From the NCBI RefSeq assembly GCF_002571385.2, contig NW_019217928.1, forward strand, positions 78,600-142,599: a stretch of DNA of 64,000 nucleotides, written 5' to 3'. Shown in pieces: positions 23,474 through 35,400 of the stretch. Positions within the stretch are counted from its first letter, which is position 1. Every line of letters begins with the position of its first letter. The notes under the pieces are model-generated. The model was not told the origin of the DNA. It saw nothing but the letters and a program-made list of their open reading frames with translations, and searched no databases. A program made the translations under genes and the position numbers. The DNA is from Stylophora pistillata. Lineage: Eukaryota.

Positions 23474-25948
23474 ACACAAAATTTATTATGTGTTGAATCA
23501 AAATTCTAACAAATCCGAAACACCTAGCCAAGAGCTTCAAAGTAAGTCACTTAAACTGCAATTGAACTCATCTCCGTTTATGACAAAATTCCTCGCGGAG
23601 CAAATTTCCAATAACTCTGTGTAGCTAGTCCTCGTCACATGATTGCGAAACGGTTCTTCGCCTTTGCAACCGGTATTTTGGTGATAAGAGCGAAGACATT
23701 CATTAGTTTGTAAGCAACTTTATTAGGGCTTTGCACGATCTTATTCCGTACGAACGACTGTGAGCTAGCCAGGCACTTCTACACTTCTACTTCACTTCTA
23801 CACTTCTACACTTCAACACTTCTACACTTCTACACAGGCACTTCTTCACTTCTACGTGAGGGTTTGAGTTAGAAAATGATTTAAAACTCTGGAAAATTCG
23901 GGTGGTAGGTTTATGTGGCGTCCGTCTGATGAGCTTGTTTTCCCTTTCTGTCTGGTCCCAACAAATGAGATTAGTCTGATCTGCATTTAGCCCACGAAGC
24001 CTATTAGACGACTCGTGACCGACTATTTATACACAGATACGGCTTAGTTCGTTCCCCTGATTAGGCTAAATTGAATCTGCTAGGAAAAGACTAAATGCTC
24101 TCTTTTACTCGAATTCTACAGGCTGAAATACGTGCTGTAGACACTTGATACTCGGAAAGAAGCTGATAATTTCATTTGCTGAACTAAAAAAACGTGCTTG
24201 TCACTGCACAACATGAAAGATCCACCCAAATTTTGTGCTAAGTAAGAATGAGCATGCATGAGTTTATGAGATGTTTGGTAAAACTGTGGCATATCAAAAC
24301 AAATAAATTGGCCTTCTTGGTAAACAAGCGTGGCATTACGCCGACAAATCGGAGTTTAGGCTTATAATCGGATGAGCTATAGCTAATTGGAAACTTCATT
24401 GCTAGAACCTTAGGGATGTCGGTAGACGTAGTGTGGGCCCAAATTATGAAATAATAGAGGGGGAGTTTTCAGTTTTTACAGTCACTGCGGAAAAGATCCC
24501 CTTTGAAACAAGGAGACAAATTTTGTCGTTCATAACCCCAGCTTCGTTTAAACCGCAAAGGAAAAGACAGACGTTGGTAATGATGAACAAAGTAGCGAGG
24601 GTCTCACATCTGAACTCTGGCAAGGGAAACAGATTTGTGCCCCGTAACTTATATCAAAACAGTGGCGGGATAAAACGTTTTGGATCACCGGTAAATGTTC
24701 TCTCAGAGAGGCTAATCTCGGCGAATTTCAATAATTACTAGTAGTTAAAAACACTCTTCTCGAGAACGTCTTCTTTATGGTAGAGTGGTAGCCTGTTAAT
24801 ATAGGTAATCGCAAGGGGCCGAGTAAAATTATGGATTAATATCACGCGTGTTTTCAGAAGTTGCTGAAAATGCCCGAGTCGAGGGGAAAATTACTGAATT
24901 TCTGAATGCGCTCTTCGGTAATCAGTCATAGGAAGCCATTTAAAGTTGACAGAGAATCAATGGCCACAAACGCACGAATGCGCTGAATGAAATTTTATAT
25001 TTTTGCACAAAGATACCAGGACTTTGGATAGGCTTTTGATTTTAAATATCTCTCCAGTGATGCCTGCATTACTTTCAGGCAGTCGGGCTCGTATTCATCC
25101 CCGTTTTCTTTTCATAAATCGGCATAAAACTGCACCAGTGTTCGGTCGAGGACATAGCTCTCGTACTCTTCTAAATTTGCTTGGAAGTTTCTTTCATTTT
25201 TTTTTTCCTATTTAACACCTTGTGTTGTCTTGTAGGGCTGGAACGATGCAGCAAAGCAAACAGCGTTATTCAACTCAGTAATTCAACATACGCAGAGACT
25301 GAGTTAGCATGTTCCATGATCTTGAAATTGTCGAAGTAGTCAATTATAAAGGGGAAAAGTGTTCGCAAAGTGAACTTGATTACGTGCCAAAATCTGCTGG
25401 TTCAAAGGCACTAATTGGTGATGCGAAATGACAAAAAAAAATCCTAATACTTCTAAAAGAGCGAAAGGGTGACATTCTATGGTACGCTAACATTTCAATG
25501 CCATAATAAGAAGGGTCAGAACATGAAAACACGAGAATTAGTACAAAGTACATTGTGCTATCACTACAACCGTCTCCGCCGGCTAATAGGGAAAAGGGGC
25601 CGGTTTTGTTGTTATGGTTTTTCTTTTAGCAGTTGTCTTAAACCCAGCGTTAGAGGTTAATAGTTCTCTCAGATGATAGGGTCAATAAAACTCTTTACCT
25701 TGAACACAACAACATCGTAACAATGATAACATCTTACTTTGTCGGGCGAGTGCCGAACTCAACATTTATCATTTGTCCGGATCAAATGATGTACAAACAA
25801 GATGCTTTCGACATAACTGATCCAAGCATTCAACAAATATACATGAAATAGATATATATGAACTGCGGTTATGAAACGTATATGTGCACGATCCTTCGCA
25901 GTAAAGCACTATTTAAGCAATAGTGAAAATCAGACCTGAAAAAAATTC

Positions 25949-26021
25949 AGGCCTGTACGGGATTCGAACCACTGACCTCTGCGATACTAGTGCAGCGCTC
26001 TACCAATTGAGCTAACAAGCC
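25949..26021 (-). tRNA. tRNA-Thr(AGT)-like unit 1 (probable pseudo/SINE-type)
   Basis: Acceptor stem GGCTTGT/ACAGGCC, D arm GCTC/GAGC, anticodon loop CT-AGT-AT, TTCGAAT loop. Two T-stem mismatches and one anticodon-stem mismatch. T7 run 3 nt downstream. Confidence 0.6.
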
Positions 26022-26193
26022 AACTGGGAGCAGGCCATCAAATTAATTCGACATAAACCCGTAGATGATAAATCAAACAACAAACATATGAAATACATAT
26101 ATATGAACTGCGGTTATGAAACGTATATGTGCACGATCCTTCGCAGTAAAGCACTATTTAAGCAATAGTGAAAATCAGACCTGAAAAAAATTC

Positions 26194-26266
26194 AGGCCTG
26201 TACGGGATTCGAACCACTGACCTCTGCGATACTAGTGCAGCGCTCTACCAATTGAGCTAACAAGCC
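26194..26266 (-). tRNA. tRNA-Thr(AGT)-like unit 2
   Basis: Identical to unit 1. Confidence 0.6.
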
Positions 26267-26438
26267 AACTGGGAGCAGGCCATCAAATTAATTCGACATA
26301 AACCCGTAGATGATAAATCAAACAACAAACATATGAAATACATATATATGAACTGCGGTTATGAAACGTATATGTGCACGATCCTTCGCAGTAAAGCACT
26401 ATTTAAGCAATAGTGAAAATCAGACCTGAAAAAAATTC

Positions 26439-26511
26439 AGGCCTGTACGGGACTCGAACCACTGACCTCTGCGATACTAGTGCAGCGCTCTACCAATTGA
26501 GCTAACAAGCC
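26439..26511 (-). tRNA. tRNA-Thr(AGT)-like unit 3
   Basis: As unit 1, with T-loop TTCGAGT. Confidence 0.6.
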
Positions 26512-26683
26512 AACTGGGAGCAGGCCATCAAATTAATTCGACATAAACCCGTAGATGATAAATCAAACAACAAACATATGAAATACATATATATGAACTG
26601 CGGTTATGAAACGTATATGTGCACGATCCTTCGCAGTAAAGCACTATTTAAGCAATAGTGAAAATCAGACCTGAAAAAAATTC

Positions 26684-26756
26684 AGGCCTGTACGGGATTC
26701 GAACCACTGACCTCTGCGATACTAGTGCAGCGCTCTACCAATTGAGCTAACAAGCC
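26684..26756 (-). tRNA. tRNA-Thr(AGT)-like unit 4
   Basis: Identical to unit 1. Confidence 0.6.
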
Positions 26757-26928
26757 AACTGGGAGCAGGCCATCAAATTAATTCGACATAAACCCGTAGA
26801 TGATAAATCAAACAACAAACATATGAAATACATATATATGAACTGCGGTTATGAAACGTATATGTGCACGATCCTTCGCAGTAAAGCACTATTTAAGCAA
26901 TAGTGAAAATCAGACCTGAAAAAAATTC

Positions 26929-27001
26929 AGGCCTGTACGGGATTCGAACCACTGACCTCTGCGATACTAGTGCAGCGCTCTACCAATTGAGCTAACAAGC
27001 C
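26929..27001 (-). tRNA. tRNA-Thr(AGT)-like unit 5
   Basis: Identical to unit 1. Confidence 0.6.
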
Positions 27002-27174
27002 AACTGGGAGCAGGCCATCAAATTAATTCGACATAAACCCGTAGATGATAAATCAAACAACAAATATATATGAAATACATATATATGAACTGCGGTCATA
27101 TTAATTCGACATAAACCCGTAGATTTATCATCTACGGGTTTATGTCGAATTAATTTGATGGCCTGCTCCCAGTT

Positions 27175-27247
27175 GGCTTGTTAGCTCAATTGGTAGAGCG
27201 CTGCACTAGTATCGCAGAGGTCAGTGGTTCGAATCCCGTACAGGCCT
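27175..27247 (+). tRNA. tRNA-Thr(AGT)-like unit 6
   Basis: Same sequence on the plus strand. Confidence 0.6.
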
Positions 27248-27421
27248 GAATTTTTTTCAGGTCTGATTTTCACTATTGCTTAAATAGTGCTTTACTGCGA
27301 AGGATCGTGCACATATACGTTTCATAACCGCAGTTCATATATATGTATTTCATATATATTTGTTGTTTGATTTATCATCTACGGGTTTATGTCGAATTAA
27401 TTTGATGGCCTGCTCCCAGTT

Positions 27422-27494
27422 GGCTTGTTAGCTCAATTGGTAGAGCGCTGCACTAGTATCGCAGAGGTCAGTGGTTCGAATCCCGTACAGGCCT
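27422..27494 (+). tRNA. tRNA-Thr(AGT)-like unit 7
   Basis: Same sequence on the plus strand. Confidence 0.6.
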
Positions 27495-27666
27495 GAATTT
27501 TTTTCAGGTCTGATTTTCACTATTGCTTAAATAGTGCTTTACTGCGAAGGATCGTGCACATATACGTTTCATAACCGCAGTTCATATATATGTATTTCAT
27601 ATGTTTGTTGTTTGATTTATCATCTACGGGTTTATGTCGAATTAATTTGATGGCCTGCTCCCAGTT

Positions 27667-27739
27667 GGCTTGTTAGCTCAATTGGTAGAGCGCTGCACTA
27701 GTATCGCAGAGGTCAGTGGTTCGAATCCCGTACAGGCCT
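27667..27739 (+). tRNA. tRNA-Thr(AGT)-like unit 8
   Basis: Same sequence on the plus strand. Confidence 0.6.
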
Positions 27740-27911
27740 GAATTTTTTTCAGGTCTGATTTTCACTATTGCTTAAATAGTGCTTTACTGCGAAGGATCGT
27801 GCACATATACGTTTCATAACCGCAGTTCATATATATGTATTTCATATGTTTGTTGTTTGATTTATCATCTACGGGTTTATGTCGAATTAATTTGATGGCC
27901 TGCTCCCAGTT

Positions 27912-27984
27912 GGCTTGTTAGCTCAATTGGTAGAGCGCTGCACTAGTATCGCAGAGGTCAGTGGTTCGAATCCCGTACAGGCCT
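27912..27984 (+). tRNA. tRNA-Thr(AGT)-like unit 9
   Basis: Same sequence on the plus strand. Confidence 0.6.
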
Positions 27985-29714
27985 GAATTTTTTTCAGGTC
28001 TGATTTTCACTATTGCTTAAATAGTGCTTTACTGCGAAGGATCGTGCACATATATGATCCAAGCATTGTTGACTTGTAACATAGGGCTGACTACAACCAT
28101 CTCTCCCGGCTAATAGGGAAAAGGGGCCGGTTTTGTTGTTATTTTTTTTAGCAGTTGTCTCAAACCTAGCGTTAGATTTTAATAGTTCTCTTAGATGATA
28201 GGGTTGATAAAACTCTTTACCTTGAACACAACAACATCGTATCAAGGATAACATCTTACCTTGTCGGGCGAGTGCCGAACTCAACATTTATCATTTGTCC
28301 GGATCAAATGATGTACAAACGATATGCTTTCGACATAACTGATCCAAGCATTGTGCTGACTGATCCAAGCATAAGGCTGACTTCAACCATCTCCGCCGGC
28401 TAATAGGGAAAAGAGGCCGGTTTCGTTGTTATTTTTTTTTAGCAGTTGTCTTAAACCTAGCGTTAGGTTGATAAAAATCTTTACCTTGAACACAACAACA
28501 TCGTAATAATGATAACATCTTACTTTGTCGGGCGAGTGCCGAACTCAACATTTATCATTTATCATTTGTCCCGATCAAATGATGTACAAACAAGATGCTT
28601 TCGACATAACTGATCCAAGCATTTTGGAGGACACTTGTAAGATATGGCCGACTTGATGTAGGGCATAGGAAGACATGGACTCTGTTTCGCTTGTATTTGG
28701 ACTAAAAAAATGTGTGTCAGTGTAAAGTTTTATCTTTTATTTATTTATTTTTTTCATTCAAATTGTCTCAGTTCTCCCACGCTGGCGACAAATCAGTTTA
28801 AACTCAATTCTACTTTGGGTTGAGAATTTCGTAGAATACCTGTTTCCCTGGAGCTTTCTCTCCTTCTATTTGGCACCTAAATATAAACCCAGCAACACAA
28901 AGTAAAATAACTTAAACAAAAAAACAACTCCGAGTAGCTGAATTTTGCGTGAGTGGTTGCGAGATTCGATGACCTGTTGGTTAGACTTTCGCGAAAAAAC
29001 ACTTAGAAATAATGGTGAATTAAATTAAATTTAGAGTCCAGGTGAACAACTTAAAAGAGTGAAAGGTACTTCAATAGGTTTAGAGAGATCTCTGATGGTG
29101 ATTTATCAAACTAGAAGGATGTGGGACTGACGGAAACTCTGATCTGAATCTTTTATTAGGATTCCAGCTTCAGACCTTCATTACCACCTTTCGTTGTTAG
29201 GACATGCTACCGGCCTTCAATTTATTGACTTGTAAATTTCCTCTTTTAACGTGGTAGCAAGAAATCACATTATTGAGAAATGATATCAAAACAAGATCAA
29301 GATCTTTTAAGAGTTTGTTTTGTCTTGTATAGAATTGATCTCTCTATTACAAAGTTATTCGTAAATCAAAAACAGTTCCAACACCTCAACCGAGTATGTA
29401 TTTTTTGGTTTGCCCTTTATTTAACAGATGTGATGTTGCAATCAGCACAGTCTTCTCTTAAGATTTAAAACATGGAAATTGCTGACTTTCTTCATTCCCT
29501 CTGCCTTACCCGGACCAACAAGTGGAGGACGGCTGTACTTTTTTTTTTTTTTGCCCCGTTTGAACAGAAGAAAAGGATATTTACGTTGAAGAGACAACAC
29601 GGATAAACAAAGAATTGCATCCCCATAAACTGTATTTTATTCATACATGATGTAGGAATAATCGTCATAACAAGATCATTTCATACCTATGATGTTAAAT
29701 TATTCTCAGTCATA

Positions 29715-30285
29715 CACCGGTTTACTTTAAACCGAAGTCGATGACATTTTTAAAGCAAGGTAACCTAGTTAAAAAAATGTAATTCTTCAAACAATTATTA
29801 TAATTATAATAAGAAGATTAAAATTAGAACACAAAGGTCTGTCTTGCGCCAGTTTATTTATAAACCGTAGTCTATGTAACTCAATTTGGTCATACAAATA
29901 ACTTGATTGAATTAAAACAAGTGTAATGGGTGCACTCTCTCGGCTGTCACGAAGGTTTACTTTTAAACCGTAGTCTGAGTTAACTATAGATATTTTATAA
30001 TAATTGTAAGATGTTTAAAGGAAGAATACGTAATAAGGTAAACTCTGTCTCTTACGGTGTGTTTTTAAACCGAAGTCATGGTAACATAAAATCTAATTCG
30101 ATAAACTATTATAAGAGGATTAAAAAAGAATAGAAAAAGTACTCTTTGTCCCACGACGGTTTATTTCTAAACTCAAGTCAGGGTAACATAAAATCTAATT
30201 CTACAAATTACTATAAGTAGATTTTAAAACGGGAATATTTAGGTATGCTTCGTCTCGCAACGGTTTATATATAGCCCGAAGTTGA
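29715..30285. repeat. Degenerate ~102-bp minisatellite (about 6 units)
   Basis: Motif CGGTTTA..TTTAAACCG(A/T)AGTC recurs at ~29718, 29852, 29955, 30057, 30158, 30262. Confidence 0.65.
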
Positions 30286-31450
30286 CGGAGTCAGTATGTA
30301 AATAGAACTGAGTGACACTAAAAAAAATAATAGCATCCAGACAATACGAATCAGTTGCAAGCCCCACCGTTGTTCAATGCTATTCCTGATTGATGAAAAT
30401 AATCCAAGTATCGTTTGAAAAATTTCATGTAAAAATATGCAATTAACTGGTAGATTTTACCAGAATGTTGGCAATCATTTAACTGTACTGCTGGAATTGT
30501 CATCGCGTATGACTAAACAAGTTTGATGTTTTCCCAATATAGCAGGCATGTTTAGTGTTAGAAAAAAAGAGTTGCTTTAGTGCCTGACATTTTTGGTCAG
30601 AGCTTTGGATTCCCAAAAAATCCTTAGGAAGCCGGTAAAACTGAATATCGCCCAAATTGGAGGCATGTAATGAACAAATAACCGCTAGTCAAGAAGGGCG
30701 GAAGAGCGAGAAATTTTCATGACAAACTCCTCCCTTTTACATGCAATAAGGAACTCAGGCAAGCTGCATGTACAAAACAAACAAAACAACATCAAAATAA
30801 ACAAACAAAATCTATGCTAAACTTTCGAAATGTTCGATTTGCAATTAATTGCGAGGAAAGGTTCATCAAAGGATCATCTTATTGCACTAGCAGGCAAACT
30901 CCATGTCAGAGGAACGCAAGTCGTTTTAGAACTAAAACAATTTGCCGAAAGCAGGCTTTGCATTCGCAAAGAATCTTGAAATACTTGCGTTGGATCCATT
31001 CAGAGAGAAATATTCTGTCGAGGAGCTGATGTGATGCAGTCTTTACAGTGCATGGTTTCGCCCGTTTTCATACATGAAGGACTGATGCCAGAATGTCTTC
31101 GCGTAGGAAAAAAAAATTTCCAAAAAAATCACTCGATTCATGATGATCACATAACTAGCTGACTTGAATTCTTTTTTTATTATTAATATTTCCTATGGCT
31201 TATCTTAATGTAATTTTCAAGCCCTGACTGCTATCTTTGTTTGATTTGGGTTAATGAGTCAGACCTTTTTTATCGAGGAATGTTGACTAACGAAATTGTT
31301 GTTATTGAAAGAGAGCTCCCAGTTCTGTTGCAACTATCGAAAAACATGTTTACGACTTTTATACTCAGTCTAGACAAACTAGTAAATCTTATCTAAATAA
31401 ACACGCCCTAGTTCTAGAATCGATAGGGGTGTTAAAGAGAGCATGACGAT

Positions 31451-32446
31451 TTACATTACCCGCGCAAGTCGTCTAGGAGACCCGAAGACATTCGGGTACA
31501 CGGCCTTAAATCGCTTGCTCCGAAAAGCGAACAGAAAGGGATTCAAGGCCGAGTTTAAATAACCAATCATTAAAAGAACCACTCTGGCTTCAGGCGGGAT
31601 CGTTGCAGTGCATGACTCACACAAGACAGCCACAATGCTGACAGATGAGTAGGGAACCCAGCAAAGGAAGAAAGCGCCCACAAACATCGACGTCGTCTTA
31701 AAGGCTCGGATGTTTTTCAAATAAACTTTCCGCTCTCTTTCAGAAGGCTCTCTGTCGTTGTTCTCAGCGCGCTGACTTGAGTCGAAATTCTTCAGCTGCT
31801 TGCATACCAGGCGGTAAATCTTGAGGTGAATACCACAGGCGATTATCAGCGGTAAAATAAAATTCAAGGAGGAGCTGAGAACATGGTACACCGGTGGGAA
31901 AGGAAACAAGCATGCGTTGTCAAGAACAAAATTATGCGATGTTCGCCAGCCCATGATGGGGAGTAAGGCGAACAGGATGCTGTAGAGCCATATCATTAGA
32001 TTAATAACGATGCCTCTTTTATGAGTCATAAACCCTAAGCGGCGGTATCGGTTGAGAGGATCGCTAAGGCTTTTGTAGCGATCAACGCTCACGGCCAAAA
32101 GTGTCAAAATCGAGGTCGGTACGGTAATTAGGTAAACCGTGATCCAGGCCTTGCACATCGCCTCTCCATGGTTCCAAACCCATCCCAGAAAAAGCCCCTC
32201 TATGTCAAATGGCACCGATAGGGTCGCCGTGAGAAGGTCCGATGACGCCAAGGAGAAAATGAAAACATTTGTGGGCATTTTGCGCAGGTTTTTGTTGATA
32301 AGTATAGCTGAGCAAACCATGATGTTACCAATAACAGCTACAGCCACGATTAAGATATAACACGTCGCCACTGGATACACGAAGCTGGAAGGCAAGGGGA
32401 TAAATGACTCTGTGATACCGGGATCTTGCTTTGTTGTGTTGTTCAT
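31451..32446 (-). CDS. Rhodopsin-class (class A) GPCR, aminergic/adenosine-like orphan, 331 aa, single coding exon
   Basis: 7 TM helices with GN, LASSD, C3.25, DRY, CWVP and NPFLF motifs; N-terminal NNT/NTT sequons. A polypyrimidine-CAG acceptor at 32472 places the real start at 32446 (MNNTT), not at the ORF start. Confidence 0.92.
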   Translation of the reverse strand: MNNTTKQDPGITESFIPLPSSFVYPVATCYILIVAVAVIGNIMVCSAILINKNLRKMPTNVFIFSLASSDLLTATLSVPFDIEGLFLGWVWNHGEAMCKAWITVYLITVPTSILTLLAVSVDRYKSLSDPLNRYRRLGFMTHKRGIVINLMIWLYSILFALLPIMGWRTSHNFVLDNACLFPFPPVYHVLSSSLNFILPLIIACGIHLKIYRLVCKQLKNFDSSQRAENNDREPSERERKVYLKNIRAFKTTSMFVGAFFLCWVPYSSVSIVAVLCESCTATIPPEARVVLLMIGYLNSALNPFLFAFRSKRFKAVYPNVFGSPRRLARVM

Positions 32447-35400
32447 GTTAACCGTTTTTTCGAGGAAGTTCCTGTAATGATAAAAAAAAAAAAGAAATCT
32501 TTCAGTAAGCAGGTTATCACCTTCTTGAAAAACATTCCCTGGCTCCTTCGTTCTGATTTCAGCCTTGGAACTCCATTGCGCCCTAACAGAATATCTTACC
32601 AAGATTATAGTTTTCCGGTCAGAGGGATTGCATGCAAAGCCCCGCAATGTCGGCAATCCGAGATTCAATGCTTGCGTATTTGAACAGACAATGATTTTAT
32701 ATCCTTAGTGCGACCCCCGGGAATGCGATCTCACTAAAGCCTATTATAGAAAAGTCAGGTCACGCATTTTTTTAACATCACAAACGACCCATTCACATTG
32801 GCCAACATTAAAAGGTTATAGCCTGTTTGGTTAGTCTGGCATAAAATTTTTTCTTAGCGAGTGCTCTTGTTTTTTTTTTAGACGAACTAAATTGTGAAGC
32901 TCCCATGAAGAGAAAAAAATAACCCTACATGCCAATCAAGGTTTTTTATCAACTCTTTTTTTACTTTTCAAGGTTTTAAACTTGTGTGTAGTTTTGAGCC
33001 AACAAGGCCATTAAAGAAATAAGTTACAGCTGTTGTTTTCGATTAGAATGGAATTCTTGATGTACTATGATATTCATTTCCGGTGAGTGATTTCGGACCG
33101 GAGTAAATTGTCTTCAAAATCCAAAACGTGGCCAGTCAGGGTTCTGACCGTTTAGACTCATCCACGAAATGATTTATCTCATAATATCTGCTATGATACC
33201 AGACAACCCTTTCAAATTCACACGATTAGAAAACAACTCTGTATATCTGCCCACAAACTCACCTACTTTTTTAACTCGCTCTAAGCCGGCCGGCTTTTTT
33301 ATATGCGCGTAACAAAACTGCACGGTTATAAGACGCAATAGGAATGCTTGGAGAAGTGAAGAAAAAGGTATTTCAAAACCATGAAATTTAAGTTAAATTA
33401 ACGCCAATAATGCATAAAATATTCATTCATGGTAATTTAACTCCCAGGCACGAAAATCCAGTCAAACTGGAATTAAACTTTTAAAGTGTTAAATTGCACA
33501 CTAGAAATGTCGAGAAATCTGTTCTTTAAGAATTTTCCTTCCTCTTCGTAACAACTAGGTTCTCGATCACTTCTGTGAAAGCTTAATGCGCCAAATTGCT
33601 ACTATGAGTCTCGACTTCTTTCTTTATTTCGGATATCACTAGATAACACGCTAATATGAATACACTCTTCTAAAGAAAAAAAAAAATCCGGTGCTTATTT
33701 ACCATGCCGCGACTTCTAGGACTTAACAACATCTGATGTGACGGAGCTTGACAGCTGTTGTCAAAAATCCTTCACGAATACGACAATGGTGTTATCCAGA
33801 CTACCTCCTCTGTGATGTTATAACTAATTCAGATAATTGCAGAGATTTAACCATCTTTTTTTTTTACACTCCCCTTCAGTTTAATACCAGCGAATAACCT
33901 ATTTGTGAGTGCGAAAGCGCCGGAAAGCCTGAATCGGATATAGTGCTCAAGACACAAAAGTTAACACTCCATCGATTAATCAATCTTTATATAGAGAAAG
34001 TTGACAGTAAGGAATTTAAACCTGTTGAAAGTGGAACTATGCAAATTATGATCAGGTCATTGGAAACATAATCTTTTACAAACACTTTTTTTGCGCTCTC
34101 TCAGACGGATTTAAGATCAACCGCAGAATACAAATATGGCGAAATACTTTTTGATTCAATGCCAAATAAGGTTTTGACGTCAGTGCTCCATTTCTAGAGC
34201 GAGGGAAGTTACACGAATCTTCTTGATAAATACCCGGTAGACATAAGTTTAGATACATATGTATATTTCTATAGTCCCAGTTAACAAATGCACCAGCTAT
34301 ATTTGTTAGCATATTTGTCAGCAAAACATATTTGTTTGCGCAACTTTCCGAAGCAATCCAATTGTGTTGAGCCCAATAGCGAATAGAAACTTCTGGCAGG
34401 TTGATTTTAAAAATCAACTTTGATATTTGCCGGCTTCTATGACCGCTCATATCTACTGACTTTGCCACAATTAATGAATTGTAACTATTAGAAAATCAAC
34501 ATTAATATTCGTGGGTAATCATCTTGATTCTTTCGTTTTTGAAGAGGGTTTCAAGGGAATATTTCCTTATGAAGCTCTACATGGAAAAAATCGTACTACA
34601 GCACGACAAGAAATTTCAGGTGAAATTTCTTGTCGTGAAAGAGGTGAAACCTGGTTTATCTGCTCATATCTTCTAGATCAGAACTAAAACAAACCTGTAA
34701 TTTCAGGGGATATCAATCGAGCGAGCTAAACAGACTAAGAAGGCAAACAGAGCTCCAATGATCCCAAACCCTACATTCGATATTTCCGGGTGATTCTTAG
34801 ATTGCACGCAAACTCTACTTGTTAAACTATATCAACTAGCCAGATGCAATTGGGTCGATACCGCAAGTATAATACTTTGCACGAAACACCGCAAAAATTC
34901 AATGTTCCCCCATACTTTACAATGCGCCGAAAACACACAGAAGACAGCTCTATTACTATTGATCTGATAAGGTAGCCAGTAATAATATGGTTAACGGAAA
35001 CTTCAGCTTCCTTGTTATTGCGTTATCTATTAAAACCTGTCTGAAGCGGAAGGTAGTGAGTTACCGTGGACGTTTATTCAGCACTGGCTTTACTACGTTT
35101 CGACATTTTCTCCCCGTTTTAGTCATTGCGTTTGATCGATGCGTTTCCACTTAGCCGGCTCTTGACCGCTCTTAATGCGACTAATCTGGTATTATTTCAA
35201 AATTATAATAATAATGTAGGCCAGAAAAACAAGGTGAAAACAGTCTTGAAGACTCTAAAACCTTCAGGCTTGATCCAAGGTAATAATTTTGGGAAATGAA
35301 AGTTATTGATAGGACCGAGCAAGTTTGAGGTAGTGCACAGGGTCTACTCAGATTTTTTTGTCAGGTAGAGTCTGTGAAGGGTAATTAAAATCGCTGTATT

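Larger units (their letters stand above)
25831..28054. mobile_element. Inverted tandem array of nine 245-bp tRNA-derived units with 13-bp TSD
   Basis: Left arm 25831-27096 (antisense), filler 27097-27121, right arm 27122-28054 (sense). TGATCCAAGCATT at 25818-25830 and 28055-28067. Confidence 0.9.
25563..28623. repeat. Three diverged copies of a ~245-270-bp local tandem repeat (25563-25830, 28090-28352, 28380-28623); host of the tRNA-like insertion
   Basis: Each runs from ACT(A/T)CAACC..CCGGCTAATAGGGAAAAG to ...CGACATAACTGATCCAAGCATT. Confidence 0.85.

Noticed and set aside
23925-23935. CTGATGAG hammerhead-like cores here and at ~36026
   Set aside because: No matching stem II/GAAA or stem I pairing
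25779-25823. C/D-box snoRNA-like motif (GGATCA-ATGATGT...CTGA-TCC) in the host repeat
   Set aside because: Only ~24 nt between the boxes, imperfect C box, and it lies in a degenerate repeat
25949-27984. Ordinary functional tRNA-Thr gene cluster
   Set aside because: The T stem has two mismatches, spacers are as conserved as the cloverleaf, and the block is bounded by a TSD. It behaves as a mobile repeat.
29715-30285. CRISPR-like spaced repeats
   Set aside because: Intervening sequences are similar to each other, repeats are degenerate, the context is eukaryotic and there are no cas genes
32447-32668. N-terminal extension of GPCR1 in the ORF track
   Set aside because: Contains a polypyrimidine tract and CAG acceptor at 32472; intron or UTR sequence
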